A stretch of 64,000 bases of DNA, taken from Candidatus Latescibacterota bacterium. Its GTDB lineage: Bacteria > Latescibacterota > UBA2968 > UBA8231. Below are positions 31,501 through 39,693 of the stretch, one piece after another. The notes under the pieces are model-generated. The model was not told the origin of the DNA and made no database searches. It saw only the letters and a list, made by a program, of their open reading frames with translations. The position numbers and the translations under genes were made by a program. The stretch spans positions 672,001 to 736,000 of the forward strand of contig CBDAOB010000003.1 of assembly GCA_965197905.1 (NCBI GenBank). The letters run 5' to 3'. Each line of letters opens with the position of its first letter. Position 1 is the first letter of the stretch.

Positions 31501-32107
31501 TAAATTCGTCGCTGTTAACCAGCGGTCCGGCGAAGTTGCCGCTGATACTGCTGATCTTCTGGTGGCTTTTCACGGTGCCGTTCGTGTTCATGAACAGGAT
31601 CCAGACCGCCCCGCGGTTGTTTCCACCATCGTCATCGCTCCAGGCGCCGACAGCCAGGTCTGTTACCGAATCACCATCGAGATCCCCCATTGATGTGACG
31701 GAGGTGCCAAAGCTGTCGCCATCGTCCAACGTACCGGTGAAGTTGCCCACGGTGTCGCTGATCTTCTGGTGATTCTTGACCGTGCCGTCACTGTTCAGGA
31801 AAAGGATCCAGACGGCACCTCTGTCCGTACCGCCATCGTCATCTTGGAGCGCCCCGACGGCGAGATCGGTGACGCCATCGTTGTCTATATCACCGATTGA
31901 TGCCAGCTCGATAGCGAATTCGTCGAAGTCGTCGATGACACCGGTGAAATTGCCGGCAAGGTCGCTGATCTTCTGGTGGCTCTTTACGGAACCGGTTTGA
32001 GCCCAGATCGGTGCCGCGATCAAACAGCCGACCAGGCACAGAAATCTTGCCATCTTAGTCAGGGGTTTGAGCACAGCTCGATGTATCCGAATCTCGTTCA
32101 CGGACAC
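28463..32107 (-). CDS. Giant secreted protein A, N-terminal segment: signal peptide, seven-repeat integrin-alpha FG-GAP propeller, CRTAC1-like repeats and ASPIC/UnbV
   Basis: MARFLCLVGCLIAAPIWA signal, seven GDLDxDG..DLAVGA..DDDGG..RGA repeats, then WGDYDNDGD repeats. Confidence 0.85.
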   Translation of the reverse strand: MSVNEIRIHRAVLKPLTKMARFLCLVGCLIAAPIWAQTGSVKSHQKISDLAGNFTGVIDDFDEFAIELASIGDIDNDGVTDLAVGALQDDDGGTDRGAVWILFLNSDGTVKNHQKISDTVGNFTGTLDDGDSFGTSVTSMGDLDGDSVTDLAVGAWSDDDGGNNRGAVWILFMNTNGTVKSHQKISSISGNFAGPLVNSDEFSDSTSNLGDLDSDGVNDLAVGAAGDDDGGSARGAIWILFLNNDGTVKSHQKISDLAGSFTGTLDDNDQFGLAAAAPGDIDKDGVNDLVVGANQDDDGGTDRGAVWVLFLNSDGTVKSHQKISDTTGGITAGLLGDTDRFGISVGALGDVDGDTVPDIAVGAFQDDDGGPNRGAAYVLLLKTDGTAKKDQKISDTQGNFTATINNSEFFGRSVNGIGDLDNDGINDMVVGEFRDTDGGPNRGAVFVLFLNRADFTELGEAAGIDGYGWGNGVAWGDYDNDGDIDVFVGYENTADLLYRNNNNGTFTEVGSSAGVDGGVLKSHGASWGDYDNDGDLDLFVTRWLSGTNLLHRNNGNSTFTEVASASGVTATGTGVGVSWVDFDRDGDLDIFIPNWGAADRLYQNDGTGSFFDAAPGAGVDFVGNPSDGVFIGAGVDFVGNPSDGVFIDYDNDHDMDFYLSRIGANRLYSNDGDRTFTEVAAAAGVDDVNQGGGSAWADYDNDGDPDLYVPNRNPANNNLYRNDSDGTFTDVAAAAGVDDASFGQGAAWADFDSDGDLDVVVTNVTSAGRTYRNNGNGTFTDIAIVAGIDGGGSATGTSWADYDGDGDLDLFIARELAPNHLFRNNGNSNNWMGVKLAGTVAGKSGIGSIVSVFSGAASYRRDVSGGSGYHGSQPSQIQTFGLGGTSMVDSIKVWWATGHVQVESNVSVNQVTTITEPALNTVINVGVSTANALFIGWIDYDGDSDLDIHVSPGGGATPKLYRNDGAGSFTDVAASVNLTETDQPLGIGWGDYDSDGDPDLYLALNGVNRLHRNDGATFTSVGAAAGVDDNGVGYTGLWGDYDNDGDRDIHVANYAGANPDRLYRNDGSGTFSEVGNAAGVDDTGNGRASSWADYDDDGDLDLYLARDGQANRLYRNQGDLTFTDVAGNAGVNVDHAGRGTGSVWADYDNDGDLDLYLTNQDAGVGNALYRNEGSGQFKEIAAAVGVKDEAPTRSPGWTSTTTGTWISTMGTTSI
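30166..30263. repeat. Exact 48 bp tandem duplication, in frame (GAGVDFVGNPSDGVFI x2)
   Basis: CGATAAAGACGCCGTCGCTAGGGTTGCCCACAAAGTCTACGCCAGCAC at 30166-30213 and 30214-30261. Confidence 0.95.
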
Positions 32108-32142
32108 TGCGATCCTTTTGATCTTTGAGCCGCTGGGCCAAC

Positions 32143-32205
32143 GTTGTCATACAATAACCAAAAAACGACCAATAATTGTGATGCGGATCAACATTTGAGT
32201 AGAAT
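32143..32205 (-). promoter_or_regulatory. Conserved upstream region of giant gene A with a CRP/FNR-family-like box
   Basis: Near-identical to 49870-49930. Contains TGTGATGCGGATCAACA (minus strand TTGAT-N4-ATCAC). Confidence 0.6.
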
Positions 32206-32338
32206 TGGTGCCGCGGTTGCGAGCCGCCTAGTCCTTCGTAGCGCCGAGACTACCGCAAAAGTCGCGGGGAGTCGGCTACATAGGCGATTCCAACCGGGAT
32301 CATCGTGGACGGATCGCGTGCGTGGTTATCACTCCTGC

Positions 32339-32390
32339 TTGACATGGAATATTATGGTCATTATGGTTAAACTGACCATAATGTAGGAGG
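32339..32390 (+). promoter_or_regulatory. Sigma70 promoter and operator of phd-vapC
   Basis: TTGACA-17-TATGGT, inverted repeat ATTATGGTCA/TGACCATAAT (32351-32382), RBS AGGAGG. Confidence 0.75.
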
Positions 32391-32396
32391 TATCGA

Positions 32397-32675
32397 ATGT
32401 CGAGGAACGTCTCGATCGCCGAAGCCAAAGCCCATCTTTCCGTTTGCGTCCGGGAGGCTGAACAAGGGGAACCGATCATGATAACCAGGCACGGCAAGCC
32501 GGTCGCGGCGCTGGTACCCGCGGCGGACCTGGATCAACTCGAAAGGCTCAGAATGGCCGGGCCCCAGAGCGGCTTGGCAAGCCTTGCCGGCGGATGGGAC
32601 GGAGCGGACGAGTTGGCGGATCGCATTGAGGAATCCGAGCGCACCCCGACACGCCGGAACGAGTCTTCGGATTAG
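32397..32675 (+). CDS. Phd/YefM family antitoxin
   Basis: VSIAEAKAHLS...GEPIMITRHGKPVAALVP. Overlaps the toxin start. Confidence 0.9.
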   Translation: MSRNVSIAEAKAHLSVCVREAEQGEPIMITRHGKPVAALVPAADLDQLERLRMAGPQSGLASLAGGWDGADELADRIEESERTPTRRNESSD

Positions 32676-33112
32676 TGGCATTTCTCTTCGACACGGATGC
32701 GATCTCCGAACTGTTGCGTCCGAAACCCTTGACAGATTACGTGGAATGGATCGAAAGGATTCCACGGGACGAACAATTCACCAGCGCTGTCGTCATTGGT
32801 GAACTGTATAAGGGGGCATACCGCTCCCAGGCAAAGGAGCGTCATCTCGAAAACATCGAGACGCTGGTCCTTCCTGCGGTCACAGTTCTGCCCTATGACG
32901 TCGCGACTGCCCGCGCCTACGGAGAACTGCGCGCGCAACTGGAGCAGATCGGTCAGTTGTTAGCCGAAGCTGACCTGCAGATTGCAGCCACGGCAATATA
33001 CCACGACCTGGAGTTGGTCAGTGGCAATCTGCGCCACTTCCGTCGCGTCGATCGACTGCGAACAAACGATGTCTTGTATCAAGCTCGGCAATCAAGGCGT
33101 CGCGTTTCATGA
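32675..33112 (+). CDS. vapC: VapC family PIN-domain toxin
   Basis: FLFDTD..SE, GEL, DLQIAATA and LVSGN.RHF. Confidence 0.9.
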   Translation: MAFLFDTDAISELLRPKPLTDYVEWIERIPRDEQFTSAVVIGELYKGAYRSQAKERHLENIETLVLPAVTVLPYDVATARAYGELRAQLEQIGQLLAEADLQIAATAIYHDLELVSGNLRHFRRVDRLRTNDVLYQARQSRRRVS

Positions 33113-33127
33113 GGGTGCCGGCTGTTT

Positions 33128-33211
33128 TCGGCGGCATTTCCCACCGACGACTCAGTGAACGAAGCCCTTCGTTCGCTGATCGACCCCACAGAAACCCCCG
33201 CGACAACGTAA
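33128..33211 (+). pseudogene. C-terminal relic of a BrnT-associated antitoxin-like gene
   Basis: Reads SAAFPTDDSVNEALRSLID...stop with no start codon. The motif resembles small antitoxins found next to BrnT toxins. Confidence 0.5.
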
Positions 33212-33275
33212 CTGTATCGGCATTGAGAGCCGCTTAGTCCAGCAGACGAATTTCCTCCTCTCCGGCAAGGAGAAA

Positions 33276-33304
33276 TTGACGAAGTAGGATGATTATCCTA
33301 CTAT
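33276..33304 (+). promoter_or_regulatory. Sigma70 promoter and operator of the RHH-mazF pair
   Basis: TTGACG-17-TACTAT overlapping the palindrome AGTAGGAT-gatt-ATCCTACT (33283-33302). Confidence 0.7.
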
Positions 33305-33352
33305 TTGTAGTATAATCATACGCCAACGTTCATGCCTTGTGGAGATTCAGCA

Positions 33353-33583
33353 ATGAAAATCAAAGCCTCAGTCACGTTATCAGAAGAATTGATCAGTCAG
33401 ATTGACGCCCAAACGGACCGATACGGAAATCGATCAGCTTTTATCGAACGAGCTGTCCGCCATTTTCTCGCGGTCGAAACCCAAAGAGCCAGGGATGCTC
33501 AAGATTTGGAGATCCTCAATGCGCGGCACGAAGCGCTGAACGAGGAAGCATTGGATGTGCTGTCTTACCAGGTTGATTCATGA
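33353..33583 (+). CDS. Ribbon-helix-helix antitoxin (partner of MazF)
   Basis: [10 protein letters not shown]...[14 protein letters not shown] overlap with the toxin. Confidence 0.8.
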   Translation: MKIKASVTLSEELISQIDAQTDRYGNRSAFIERAVRHFLAVETQRARDAQDLEILNARHEALNEEALDVLSYQVDS

Positions 33584-33930
33584 GAAGAGGGGAACTCTAT
33601 CGCGTTTACAAGGCTTCTGCCCAAGATCCAAGACGATTTCGCGTCTTTGTCATTGTAAGCCGTCAGACCCTATTGGATTCTCGATTCTCTACGGCAATTT
33701 GTGCGCCCGTATATTCCTCATTCGAGGGCTTGTCTACGCAAGTGCCGCTGGGGATTGAGCAAGGCCTAAAACAGGAAAGCAGTATCCATTGTGATGAACT
33801 TGTCAGCATTCCCAAAACGGCCTTGACCCACTTCATCGGAAGTCTCTCTTCTTCGATAATCGACGCACTGGACCGAGCATTGGCCATTGCTGTTGGCCTC
33901 AATCGGACTGCTGATTCAAATCTGTCTTAA
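33580..33930 (+). CDS. mazF: PemK/MazF family endoribonuclease toxin
   Basis: MRRGELY...R.R.FVIVS, GLKQES.IHCDEL.SI and IGSLS. Confidence 0.88.
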   Translation: MRRGELYRVYKASAQDPRRFRVFVIVSRQTLLDSRFSTAICAPVYSSFEGLSTQVPLGIEQGLKQESSIHCDELVSIPKTALTHFIGSLSSSIIDALDRALAIAVGLNRTADSNLS

Positions 33931-33957
33931 GAATGCCCGTCGAGTCAGCAGGTCCAT

Positions 33958-34272
33958 TCACCTTGCAGGAAAGTCCCGCTCCAGAACCAGCACCTCGGTT
34001 TCCAATCTCTCACCCAGACGATCCTTCTCCAATTCCAGATCGTATCGGGATTGTAGGTTGAGCCAAAACCGCTCAGTGGTACCGAAGTAACGCGCTAGTC
34101 GAAGAGCTGTATCAGCTGAGATTGCACGCTTGCCGTGTACTATCTCATTGATCCGCCGGGGAGACACCGAGATGTCCTTCGCCAGGCGGTATTGGCTAAG
34201 CCCCAGTGGCTCGAGAAACTCCTCGAGTAGAAGCTCTCCTGGGTGAATCGGGGACATTACAGTAGCAGACAT
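33958..34272 (-). CDS. higA: HigA family antitoxin
   Basis: PIHPGELLLEEFL...RINEIVHGKRAISADTALRL..FWLNLQ. Confidence 0.92.
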   Translation of the reverse strand: MSATVMSPIHPGELLLEEFLEPLGLSQYRLAKDISVSPRRINEIVHGKRAISADTALRLARYFGTTERFWLNLQSRYDLELEKDRLGERLETEVLVLERDFPAR

Positions 34273-34281
34273 GTGTACCTC

Positions 34282-34563
34282 CTAGTGGTAGTCGACAATT
34301 TCAACATTAGCAGCATGCCTGGCCTTCCATTCGAAGCAGATGCGCCATTGCTCGTTAATGCGAATGCTGTGCTGGCCTCTGCGATCCCCGGAGAGCCGCT
34401 CAAGGCGATTGCCAGGTGGAGAGCGCAAGTCTTGCACAGCATCGGCAGCGTCCAGCAGCAGAAGCTTCTTCAGAGCGGATCGAGCCAGCCTACCAGAAAA
34501 CCTTTTGGACGGCTGCCTAAGAAAGACCTTCTCTGTCTCACTGTCGCGGAACGAATCGATCAT
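34282..34563 (-). CDS. higB: HigB (RelE/ParE superfamily) toxin
   Basis: MIDSFRD...PPGNRLE.L.GDR.GQHSIRINEQWRICF.W...VEIVDYH, upstream of higA. Confidence 0.92.
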   Translation of the reverse strand: MIDSFRDSETEKVFLRQPSKRFSGRLARSALKKLLLLDAADAVQDLRSPPGNRLERLSGDRRGQHSIRINEQWRICFEWKARHAANVEIVDYH

Positions 34564-34674
34564 CGAGACGATAATAACGCATCACAGTATTAACGTCAAC
34601 CGTTATCATTTATGGGGCTGATTTCAGGTAACTCTTGCTTACCGAGGCAACTTCAGCTTCTGGGCGGAAACCAC

Positions 34675-34703
34675 TTGACAAGTGTCACGTGACACATTAC
34701 AGT
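34675..34703 (+). promoter_or_regulatory. Sigma70 promoter and operator of the second higBA locus
   Basis: TTGACA-17-TACAGT with the perfect palindrome GTGTCACGTGACAC (34682-34695). Confidence 0.75.
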
Positions 34704-34709
34704 TAGGCT

Positions 34710-34832
34710 GTGATAAAAACATTCGCAGATAGAGAAACACAACGTCTCTAGGCACTGGTCAATCCAAGCGGTTGCCCACCGATCTGGGTCGACGGGGACG
34801 CCTACGAAGTAGAAATCACGGACTATCATTGA
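34710..34832 (+). pseudogene. higB: Internally deleted higB toxin relic
   Basis: GTG-IKTFADRETQRL(stop)...GQSKRLPTDL joined directly to WVDGDAYEVEITDYH*. The middle of the toxin is missing. Confidence 0.75.
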
Positions 34833-34844
34833 AAGGACCCTGCA

Positions 34845-35159
34845 ATGGTCATCACAAATACTCAGAAACGCTCCATCCCGCCTACCCATCCTGGAGAGAT
34901 GTTACGTGAAGATTTCTTGCCAGATTACTCCTTGACGGCGACCGCCTTGGCGGCGGCACTGGGTGTCTCTCGTCAAACAATAAATGAGTTACTGCGAGAG
35001 CGGCGCGCCATTTCGCCCATCATGGCCTTGAAACTCGCCCGTCTGTTTGGGAATTCTCCTGAATTCTGGATGAAAGCCCAACACAACAGAGATCTCTGGG
35101 AATCGGAGCAGCAATACGAAAACGAACTGGCCCAGATTGAACCGCTCTCAACTACGTAG
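34845..35159 (+). CDS. higA: HigA family antitoxin (orphaned)
   Basis: PTHPGEMLREDFL...SRQTINELLRERRAISP.MAL.L..FW. Confidence 0.9.
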   Translation: MVITNTQKRSIPPTHPGEMLREDFLPDYSLTATALAAALGVSRQTINELLRERRAISPIMALKLARLFGNSPEFWMKAQHNRDLWESEQQYENELAQIEPLSTT

Positions 35160-35480
35160 ATGACGTACTTGTACAAACGCTACGAGAAGTGGAAGGACAT
35201 CGCTACGGAGTCCGGCCCCGCTGGACTGAGGCTCATCAAGGGCTTTCATGACGAAGCCCTGGACCCCGCTGGCCACCGGTCGGCTAAAACGCGTGATCGC
35301 CTACCGGTTGGCACGATTTATGGAGGAAAACGAACTCTCCAAAACGGCGATGGCGAAACGAATGCAGACAAGTCGTTCCCTGGATCGGTTACTTGACCCG
35401 GCCAATCCTTCCATAACTCTCCAGACAATGACCGTGCAGCGCGTGTTTTGGGTAAGAACCTAAACATTGAGCTAACCTAG
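35160..35480 (+). pseudogene. Fused relics of a RelE-like toxin fragment and an XRE/HTH antitoxin fragment
   Basis: KRYEKWKDIA..SGPAGLRLIKGFHDEAL (toxin-like) runs abruptly into KRVIAYRLARFMEENELSKTAMAKRMQTSRSLDRLLDP...ITLQTM (HTH-like, frameshifted). Confidence 0.6.
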
Positions 35481-35578
35481 GTCCGTTGTCACGACTCGTT
35501 CCTATCCCACGCTAAATCTTCTGTCTATTCATGATCTGGTTGGAACACAGCCGTGTATTGCGCTGGAATCTACGCGAA

Positions 35579-35869
35579 TCAGTTGGGCTGCTTCACATCC
35601 GCCATCGCCTGCTTGATTGTTTTCGAGTCTACACCATGGTTCTGGAGACTCTCGACGAGCAAGTCAAGCCCGGGATTATTTTCGAGTCGCAAGAGATCCT
35701 GGCGAAGCCCTTGACCGATATAGGCTCGAATGAGTGGTTGGTATCCTGAGAATCCCAGTTGAGGGGCGATTCGCTTCAGATCATCTATTACGTCCTCCGG
35801 AATTCGAATACTCACGGGGACCATAGTCCGATCCTTCTTGAGACGTTTCTTCAAATCACTGCTCTTCAT
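35579..35869 (-). CDS. BrnA/CopG-like RHH antitoxin
   Basis: VSIRIPEDVIDDLK.IA...G..GYQPLIRAYI. Overlaps the end of brnT. Confidence 0.8.
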   Translation of the reverse strand: MKSSDLKKRLKKDRTMVPVSIRIPEDVIDDLKRIAPQLGFSGYQPLIRAYIGQGLRQDLLRLENNPGLDLLVESLQNHGVDSKTIKQAMADVKQPN

Positions 35870-36155
35870 AGTCGAGTCTTTCTGCTGAAGTTGCTGCGCG
35901 GGCGGAAATGAGGCGGAATCTGTCGCCATGCCGTTCGACGTAGACAACGCATAAGAGTCTCAAGTGGAGAGTCATGCCAACCAACACTTCTCTGGCTTCC
36001 TGCTGAGAGGTTTCGGTCGCCAGAGCTTTGACGAAAGGGTCGAAGAAGGTTTCGCACGCCGTCTCAAAATCTACTCCGTGCTTCGCGAGATTGGCCTCCG
36101 CTTTGTCGAGGTCCCATTCGAATTCGATACCATGCACGTGGTGAGTAACGTCCAT
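35856..36155 (-). CDS. brnT: BrnT family toxin
   Basis: FEWD..KA..NL.KHGVDF...F.DP...RLISAR.AT..ER..YE. Confidence 0.9.
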   Translation of the reverse strand: MDVTHHVHGIEFEWDLDKAEANLAKHGVDFETACETFFDPFVKALATETSQQEAREVLVGMTLHLRLLCVVYVERHGDRFRLISARAATSAERLDYEEQ

Positions 36156-36160
36156 CTCTG

Positions 36161-36189
36161 AATTTATCGTGATGTATATACATTGTCAA
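36161..36189 (-). promoter_or_regulatory. Sigma70 promoter and operator of brnTA
   Basis: Minus strand TTGACA-17-TAAATT, palindrome ATGTATATACAT in the spacer, ATG 5 nt downstream. Confidence 0.7.
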
Positions 36190-36260
36190 TACAAAATTCT
36201 GGGCCAAAGTTGTCGAATCCAGCGCCAGCCGATTTCCTGCAAGGCGTTAGACTGCCCACG

Positions 36261-39200
36261 TCAACGCAGCAACATCACCTTCTGCGTGGCAACCGTCTTC
36301 CCCGTCTCGAGCTGCACCAGGTAGACCCCACTGGCCACCGGCCGGCCCTGCCCGTCCTTCCCATCCCACGTCACCCGGTGAAAACCGGGGTTCCACCCGA
36401 CAAGGTCCCATCGCCGAATCACCTGGCCCAACAGATTGTACAGGCGCAACTCCTGCCTTCCTGCAACTGCCGACGGGATGCCAACAGGTATGATGGTGGA
36501 CGGGTTGAACGGATTCGGGTAGTTGGGATACAGCGCATAAGTCGTGGGTAATACGCGCGCGCTGCCCAGCTGCTCCACGCGCCAGGCGCGGCCGGCGCCC
36601 CGCCCGAGAAACCCTTCCTGCACGAACAGCTCCACGTTCTGCGGCGGACCGTCCAGCGCGAACAACAACTCCAACGTCGATTCCTCTTCCAGATCTACAC
36701 CGGCTATCCGCCCTTTCAAGTGGTCGGCGAAGTTGAGCATCGCTCCGGTTTCGTGCACCAGCGTTAGACTGCGATCCAACGCGATCACGGACGACGAATC
36801 AGCACGACCCATGTATCTCAGGATAGGCGGCTCAGCATACACCGCCAGCCCATAACCACTCAACCTCGGCACGCCGGCAAACCGCAACCGTAGACGCACC
36901 TGATCGCCCAAAGCCTCCGCGTCCACATCCACCACCGACCCTTCTGCGACTTCTGCACCTTGTGAATACAGCAGCTTGCTGGCAATCTGTTTGCCAAACT
37001 GTGTTTTGAACCGGCTCAGATCGCCGGCACCCACCTTGCCGTCCCGGTCCAGATCGAGAATCGGATCGCTGCTGCCGAATCCGTTGGCGAGGATGAAAAA
37101 GTCGGAGAAGGAGACCGCGCCGTCGCCGTCGAAGTCTTCCGAGGTCAGCGGCACGACGGCCTGATTGGGCCGCAGCCGCACCGGCCGGCTCCACGGTCCA
37201 TCGAACGGACCGTAGGACGCGCGGGCGCGCCACCAGTAGCGGGCGGTGGGTATCAGCGATTTGGTCGTCCGCCAGCGGGTCATACCTCCGAAACCCTCGG
37301 CGATGTTGCCGCCACGGGCGATGATGGCGCGAAACGAGGTGTTGGTGGATATCTGCACGATGTAGGTCAACACATCTTCCGCTTGCACCGGCACCGCATT
37401 CTGGATCACCAGGATCGGGCGACTGGCAATGGCCCCCTGTTCCAGGCCGAGGATCGCCGGCGCCCCTGGTACGTTCGCCTCCTTCGGCGTGCCTTCGGCG
37501 AACTCGCTCAACGAGCTCTCGTTGGGCGGGTTCTCCTGGTCCACTGCGGTGACTCGATAGCGATAGAGCACCCCTTCCTCCAGGCTCTCGTCGAGAAAGC
37601 GTGGCTCCTCCAGCTGCGTCGCCGCAAGCTCGAAGGTTCCCGAGTCGTTCTCCCGGTAAACGGAGTAGCCACCGAGATCGTCTTCATCGTTCGCTGACCA
37701 TTCCAACAGTATCGAGCTGAAGCCGGCGGTGACCTGCAGGTCGGTGGGGGCCGCCGGCGGCTGGATATCCGGCGCCTCAAGCGTGGAGAATTCGGCAACC
37801 GCGGTGACGGTGGGACCGTTGTTGGCGCGATCCGCAGACCCAACGCGAAAGAAATAGGTGGAATCCGGCTCCAGGTTGGTGAGCATCACCTCGTGCTCGA
37901 GGCTGTAACGGGGTGAACCGACCACCGAACCAAGGTATGGGGTTACATGGTAGTCGACGTAGGAATCGGCCAGCTCATCGGTGGTCCAGACGATGGACGC
38001 ACTGCGATCGGTGATCGCCCTGACCTCCGGACCCGTCAGAATGCGCGGGGGCTCGAGATCGGGCTCGGCGTCTGTTGATACCCGCAGCAGAAATGGCTCG
38101 GGGGTTTCGTTCTGGCTGGCGTCGTTGACGAAGATGGACAGATCGTATTCCGTGTCGACGTCCAGATTGGGGACCGTGACCTGCTGCACCGTCTGTCGCC
38201 GATCCACGTAACGAGTGACCCTCTCCTCGGCCGTAGACTCGTACTCGATCCGCGCCGCCGCGGCTTCATCCGTGCGCCAGAACAACACTACTTCATCGTC
38301 GGTGCTGGCGGCCACCGCCGGCTCCTCGACGAAACGAGGCGGCACCAGGTCGACTTCGGCGGCGGTGGACACTACCGCGACGGTACTCTCTGTGGCCCCG
38401 TTTTCCGAAGGATCCGTAGAGGCAACCTTGTAGAAGTACTTTTGGGCGGCATCTAGATTGGTGATCGTCACCGCATGCTGCGTTACATCTTGCGCCGAAC
38501 CCACAACCTCACCCAGCTCGTCGCTCGAACCGTAGAGCACGAAGCTGTCGGCCAGCTCGTCGGTGTCCCAGGTGATGGTCAGACTGTTGGCGGTCTTCTC
38601 CCGCACCCGCGGTCCGTCCACGATGAGAGGGAGCTGGCTGTCGGCAACATTCTCGGTTACAAAGAAACCGGACCCTCCCGGAGGCTGCAGAATCTTCGCA
38701 GACCCTTCCACCGGCTTCATCGGTCCGTCGAGGGACCCCCAGGTGAGCTTGTTCCCCGCCTGGTCTTCAGCGGTGATCATGAAACGATAGGCGGTGCGCG
38801 GGATGAGACCCGTCGCGGTCAGGCTGTGATCCCGCACCAGTGCATTGTCCTCCACGAAGTTGAGCTCGCCGCCACCGCGCCAATCTAGGCGCAAAGCGGC
38901 GCGCTCGTTGGTGCCCCAGGCCACCACCGCGGTGCTGTTGGTCCAGGTGACCGTCGGGTTTACCGAAAATGTGGGTGCTTCCGTGTCGCGGCTGCCGCGG
39001 GTGGTGAACTTGTGATCCCGAGAGAAGAGCTCGGTGCCACTGGGATCGGTGGTTACCGAATTGGACGACAAATCCTTGCTGGTGACGACAATGTGGTAGG
39101 CAGTGCCCGGCACGAGATCGGCAAGGATCAACCGGTGTTGCTGCACCAGCTCTCCGCGCTCGACCCGTCCTAAGGTTTCTACGGTCTGGTGCGTTGCCGT

Positions 39201-39693
39201 GGCTTTCGCGGCTGCGATCTCGGCCGCAGCCGGATCGATGCTCCAGTCCACCAGCGAAGAGGCGGGCTCATCGGTGGTCCAGACGATGGTGGCACCGGTC
39301 TCGGTGATCCCCTGAAAGCTAGGACCAGCGGTGATGGCAGGTGGCGTGCGATCGCTCTCGTCCGCGGTGGTGAACCGTCGCGACCGACTGGAGGTTTGGT
39401 TTCCTGCGACGTCGGTAATCGTCGCTCCGTATTCGTAGGTGGTGCCCGGCTCGAGGCTAGAAAGCACCACTCGGTGAAAGGTGAGAAACTCCGGATCGGC
39501 CACGGCACGCTCGACAGTACCGGCCTCGTCGGCTCGATACCCCACTGAGATGTTCGTCGGCTCGTCCGTGGTCACTTCCACCACCACTTCCTCTGCCCCG
39601 GCGGAGACGACGATCGGCCCGGTGTTGATCCGCGGCGGGCGACGGTCGCCTGTTGCTCGCGTAGCCACAGCGAGATCGACGCAGGTAGGGCCG
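36261..39693 (-). CDS. Giant secreted protein B, C-terminal segment (Fn3-like array, dockerin-like, cohesin-like, FlgD-Ig CTD)
   Basis: Collinear with protein A, ending YPNYPNPFNP...QKVMLLR. An extra C near 39693 shifts the frame from the upstream ORF. Confidence 0.85.

Noticed and set aside
26900..31900. Regularly spaced GTCGTTGTCGTAGTC-like repeats resembling a CRISPR array
   Set aside because: They are the coding repeats for DYDNDGD/FG-GAP motifs, degenerate at third positions, and no cas genes are present.
32200..36260. Integron cassette array
   Set aside because: No integron integrase is present, no convincing attC (RYYYAAC...GTTRRRY) sites were found by eye, and modules lie in both orientations.
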